This document shows positions 62,341-64,000 of a stretch of 64,000 nt of DNA, piece by piece. How positions within the stretch are numbered: position 1 is the stretch's first letter; every line of letters starts with the position of its first letter. A program made the position numbers and the translations under genes. The stretch is from an uncultured Acidobacteriota bacterium (GTDB lineage Bacteria; Acidobacteriota; Blastocatellia; RBC074): NCBI GenBank assembly GCA_963800895.1, contig CAWDDA010000015.1, forward strand, positions 231,003 to 295,002, given 5' to 3'. Below the pieces are notes generated by a model that saw nothing but the letters and a program-made list of their open reading frames with translations, ran no database searches and had not been told where the DNA came from.

Positions 62341-62907
62341 ATGGAAGCGGTCGATGCAACGTCACGTGTGAGCGGCAACCGAAAGCTTGGTATGTGGCTT
62401 TTTGTTGTGTCTGACTCGTTCACGTTCGCCGCGCTCTTGATCGCAACTATCTACCTTCGATGGGGTAGTGCCAACTGGCTCAGGCCATTTAGCTGGTCAA
62501 GCATTGCATTCGCCTTTGCGATGACATTGGTACTTGGAGCGAGCAGCGTAACAATGATGAAGGCCGTACGTGCGGAGTGGTCCCAGGGGAGGTCTTCGTC
62601 GAGGAAGTGGATGCTTCTGACCGTGCTTCTGGGAATCGTGTTTCTGGGCCTTCATGGGCTTGAATGGAGGCGGCTTTTTCACGAAGGAATAACTCCGTGG
62701 GGCTCCGGTGGGTTTGGGTCGTCGTTCTTTGGCGTTACCGGGCTTCACATGCTTCACGTACTGGCGGGGGTTGCAGTGCTTGGCATCATTTCCACCAGCC
62801 GCAGGTTTTCGAGTGAGAATGTGGAAGCCAGCGGCCTTTACTGGCAGTTTGTAGACGTTGTGTGGATGTTCGTATTCGTCGTGATCTATGTTTTTTCTAT
62901 TGGCTGA
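62341..62907 (+). CDS. second heme-copper oxidase subunit III family protein
   Basis: GLHMLHVLAG and YWQFVDVVWMFVF motifs. Confidence 0.7.
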   Translation: MEAVDATSRVSGNRKLGMWLFVVSDSFTFAALLIATIYLRWGSANWLRPFSWSSIAFAFAMTLVLGASSVTMMKAVRAEWSQGRSSSRKWMLLTVLLGIVFLGLHGLEWRRLFHEGITPWGSGGFGSSFFGVTGLHMLHVLAGVAVLGIISTSRRFSSENVEASGLYWQFVDVVWMFVFVVIYVFSIG

Positions 62908-63091
62908 ATTGCTGAATGTGGTGCCGGCTGCGTGTCCTGCATGCAGCGCGACATTTGCAAGGTCCGCTGAAACCTCGCAGCTTACAGCCGGTGCAGAGAC
63001 GGCTGCGCTGTTTCTCCTGGTGCCCGCTCTTGCTTTTCTTTGCGCAATCGGGGCTGTTGTCTATCGTTATTACCGGGCAGAGCGGAATTAG
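62888..63091 (+). CDS. small membrane peptide with CPAC motif and C-terminal TM anchor (start uncertain)
   Basis: ..VVPAACPACS..AALFLLVPALAFLCAIGAVVY.. sits between subunit III and DUF420. It is open only in this frame. Confidence 0.3.
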   Translation: MFFLLAELLNVVPAACPACSATFARSAETSQLTAGAETAALFLLVPALAFLCAIGAVVYRYYRAERN

Positions 63092-63095
63092 CCAT

Positions 63096-63509
63096 ATGTC
63101 ACTATCGGATCTGCCTGCGCTCAATGCCGCTCTCAATACAACGAGTTTTGTTCTGCTGTCTACCGGATACTACTTCATCAGGCGAAAACGGATCATCGCT
63201 CACCGCACTTGTATGATCGGCGCGCTGGTAACATCAGCTCTCTTCCTGACGTCCTACCTTATCTATCATTACAATCATCCGACCAGGATGTTCACGGGGA
63301 CAGGCTGAATCCGATCTCTTTACTTCGTAATACTTTTTTCTCACGTGGTGCTTGCGGTTGCGATTCTTCCGCTTGTGCTCGTGACAGTAACGAGGGCTTT
63401 GCGGAGAAATTACCAGAGTCACGCACGCATCGCTAGAATCACATTTCCGTTGTGGGTCTATGTCTCAATTACGGGAGTGATAGTGTACCTGATGCTGTAT
63501 CGGATGTAG
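63096..63509 (+). CDS. DUF420 membrane protein, interrupted by an in-frame TGA at 63306-63308
   Basis: MSLSDLPALNAALNTTSFVLLSTGYYFIRRK..FTGTG-TGA-IRSLYFVILFSHVVLAVAILPLV..WVYVSITGVIVYLML, all in one frame. Confidence 0.7.
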
Positions 63510-63524
63510 TGAGCCGCGGGAATT

Positions 63525-63618
<94 letters not shown>

Positions 63619-63627
63619 AGACTCGCC

Positions 63628-64000
63628 TCAGTCGTGGCGAACGCGTTCAATGAAGAGCGATCGCACCCGATCTGCTAACTCTTCGACATTCTCCCTGGAA
63701 TACCCGGAGGTGCTAATCGGCGGGAGAACCTCGACATAGACGTCGCCAGGGATACAAACGTGCCGTCCTTTGGGCATAACAAGGCGAGTATCATTGAAGA
63801 CTACGGGAACGATCGGAACGCCACCTTCGACAGCCATGTAGAAGACACCTTTTTTGAATTCCTTGAGCCTGCCGTCATAGGTTCGCGTGCCTTCGGGAAA
63901 GCCCATGAGGCTGTGTCCTGCGCGGAGCGCTTCGGCGCCGACTCTGGTGCTCGCCACTGCCTTGTCGTGGGCACCGCGATCAACGGGAATTATGTGTGCC
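63628..64000 (-). CDS. plsC: 1-acyl-sn-glycerol-3-phosphate acyltransferase, partial (5' end beyond the window)
   Basis: FPEGTRT motif and VPIVPV. The frame is open to the window edge. Confidence 0.75.
   Translation of the reverse strand, partial: AHIIPVDRGAHDKAVASTRVGAEALRAGHSLMGFPEGTRTYDGRLKEFKKGVFYMAVEGGVPIVPVVFNDTRLVMPKGRHVCIPGDVYVEVLPPISTSGYSRENVEELADRVRSLFIERVRHD

Noticed and set aside
63306-63308. Selenocysteine or an alternative genetic code at the DUF420 TGA
   Set aside because: The context is not Cys-like, I see no obvious SECIS hairpin, and TGA terminates other genes in the window. It is kept only as a low-probability alternative in the finding.

Overview
This 64-kb window is chromosomal, gene-dense and about 55% GC. 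It looks like an Acidobacteriota-type genome; this is inferred from CarboxypepD_reg-type TonB receptors, an acidobacterial-type secreted VWA protein and a YpdA homolog. I saw no rRNA, tRNA, CRISPR array, transposase or integrase.

Gene content:
- Heme and arginine genes: hemH, hemE, a hemY-like gene, argH and argG.
- Central metabolism: gpmI.
- Respiration: cytochrome bd oxidase (cydAB) and an aa3-type oxidase cluster (coxB, ctaD, two subunit III genes, DUF420).
- A CysM-Mec-CysO/MoeZ sulfur-carrier cysteine module.
- A uxaE-centred sugar-acid cluster that contains a LarA-like nickel-pincer enzyme, with larC encoded 15 kb away.
- Two TonB-dependent receptors, one GH29 fucosidase, an ECF sigma/anti-sigma pair, a CbbQ/NorD-like ATPase-VWA pair, mnmA, comM, mltD and lemA.

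Most notable observations:
1. Positions 66-1177 carry a tandem array of three paralogous small Cys-rich peptide genes. They share an N-terminal PGFTAE[AV]S[LV]Y box and have divergent C-termini. I do not recognise the family.
2. There are modular nested-palindrome intergenic repeats, 11 copies in total. Each arm is itself a short dyad. Families with different stems share a loop motif.
3. A CysO-like ubiquitin-fold sulfur carrier ends in GG and is fused in frame to a MoeZ-type E1/rhodanese enzyme. A JAMM peptidase gene lies directly upstream.
4. At least 18 single-nucleotide frameshifts and one in-frame TGA interrupt otherwise conserved genes. Most are probably assembly errors, but eight cluster in the fucosidase/TonB-receptor locus. 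Apparent split genes and the apparent YpdA-HemE fusion should not be taken at face value.
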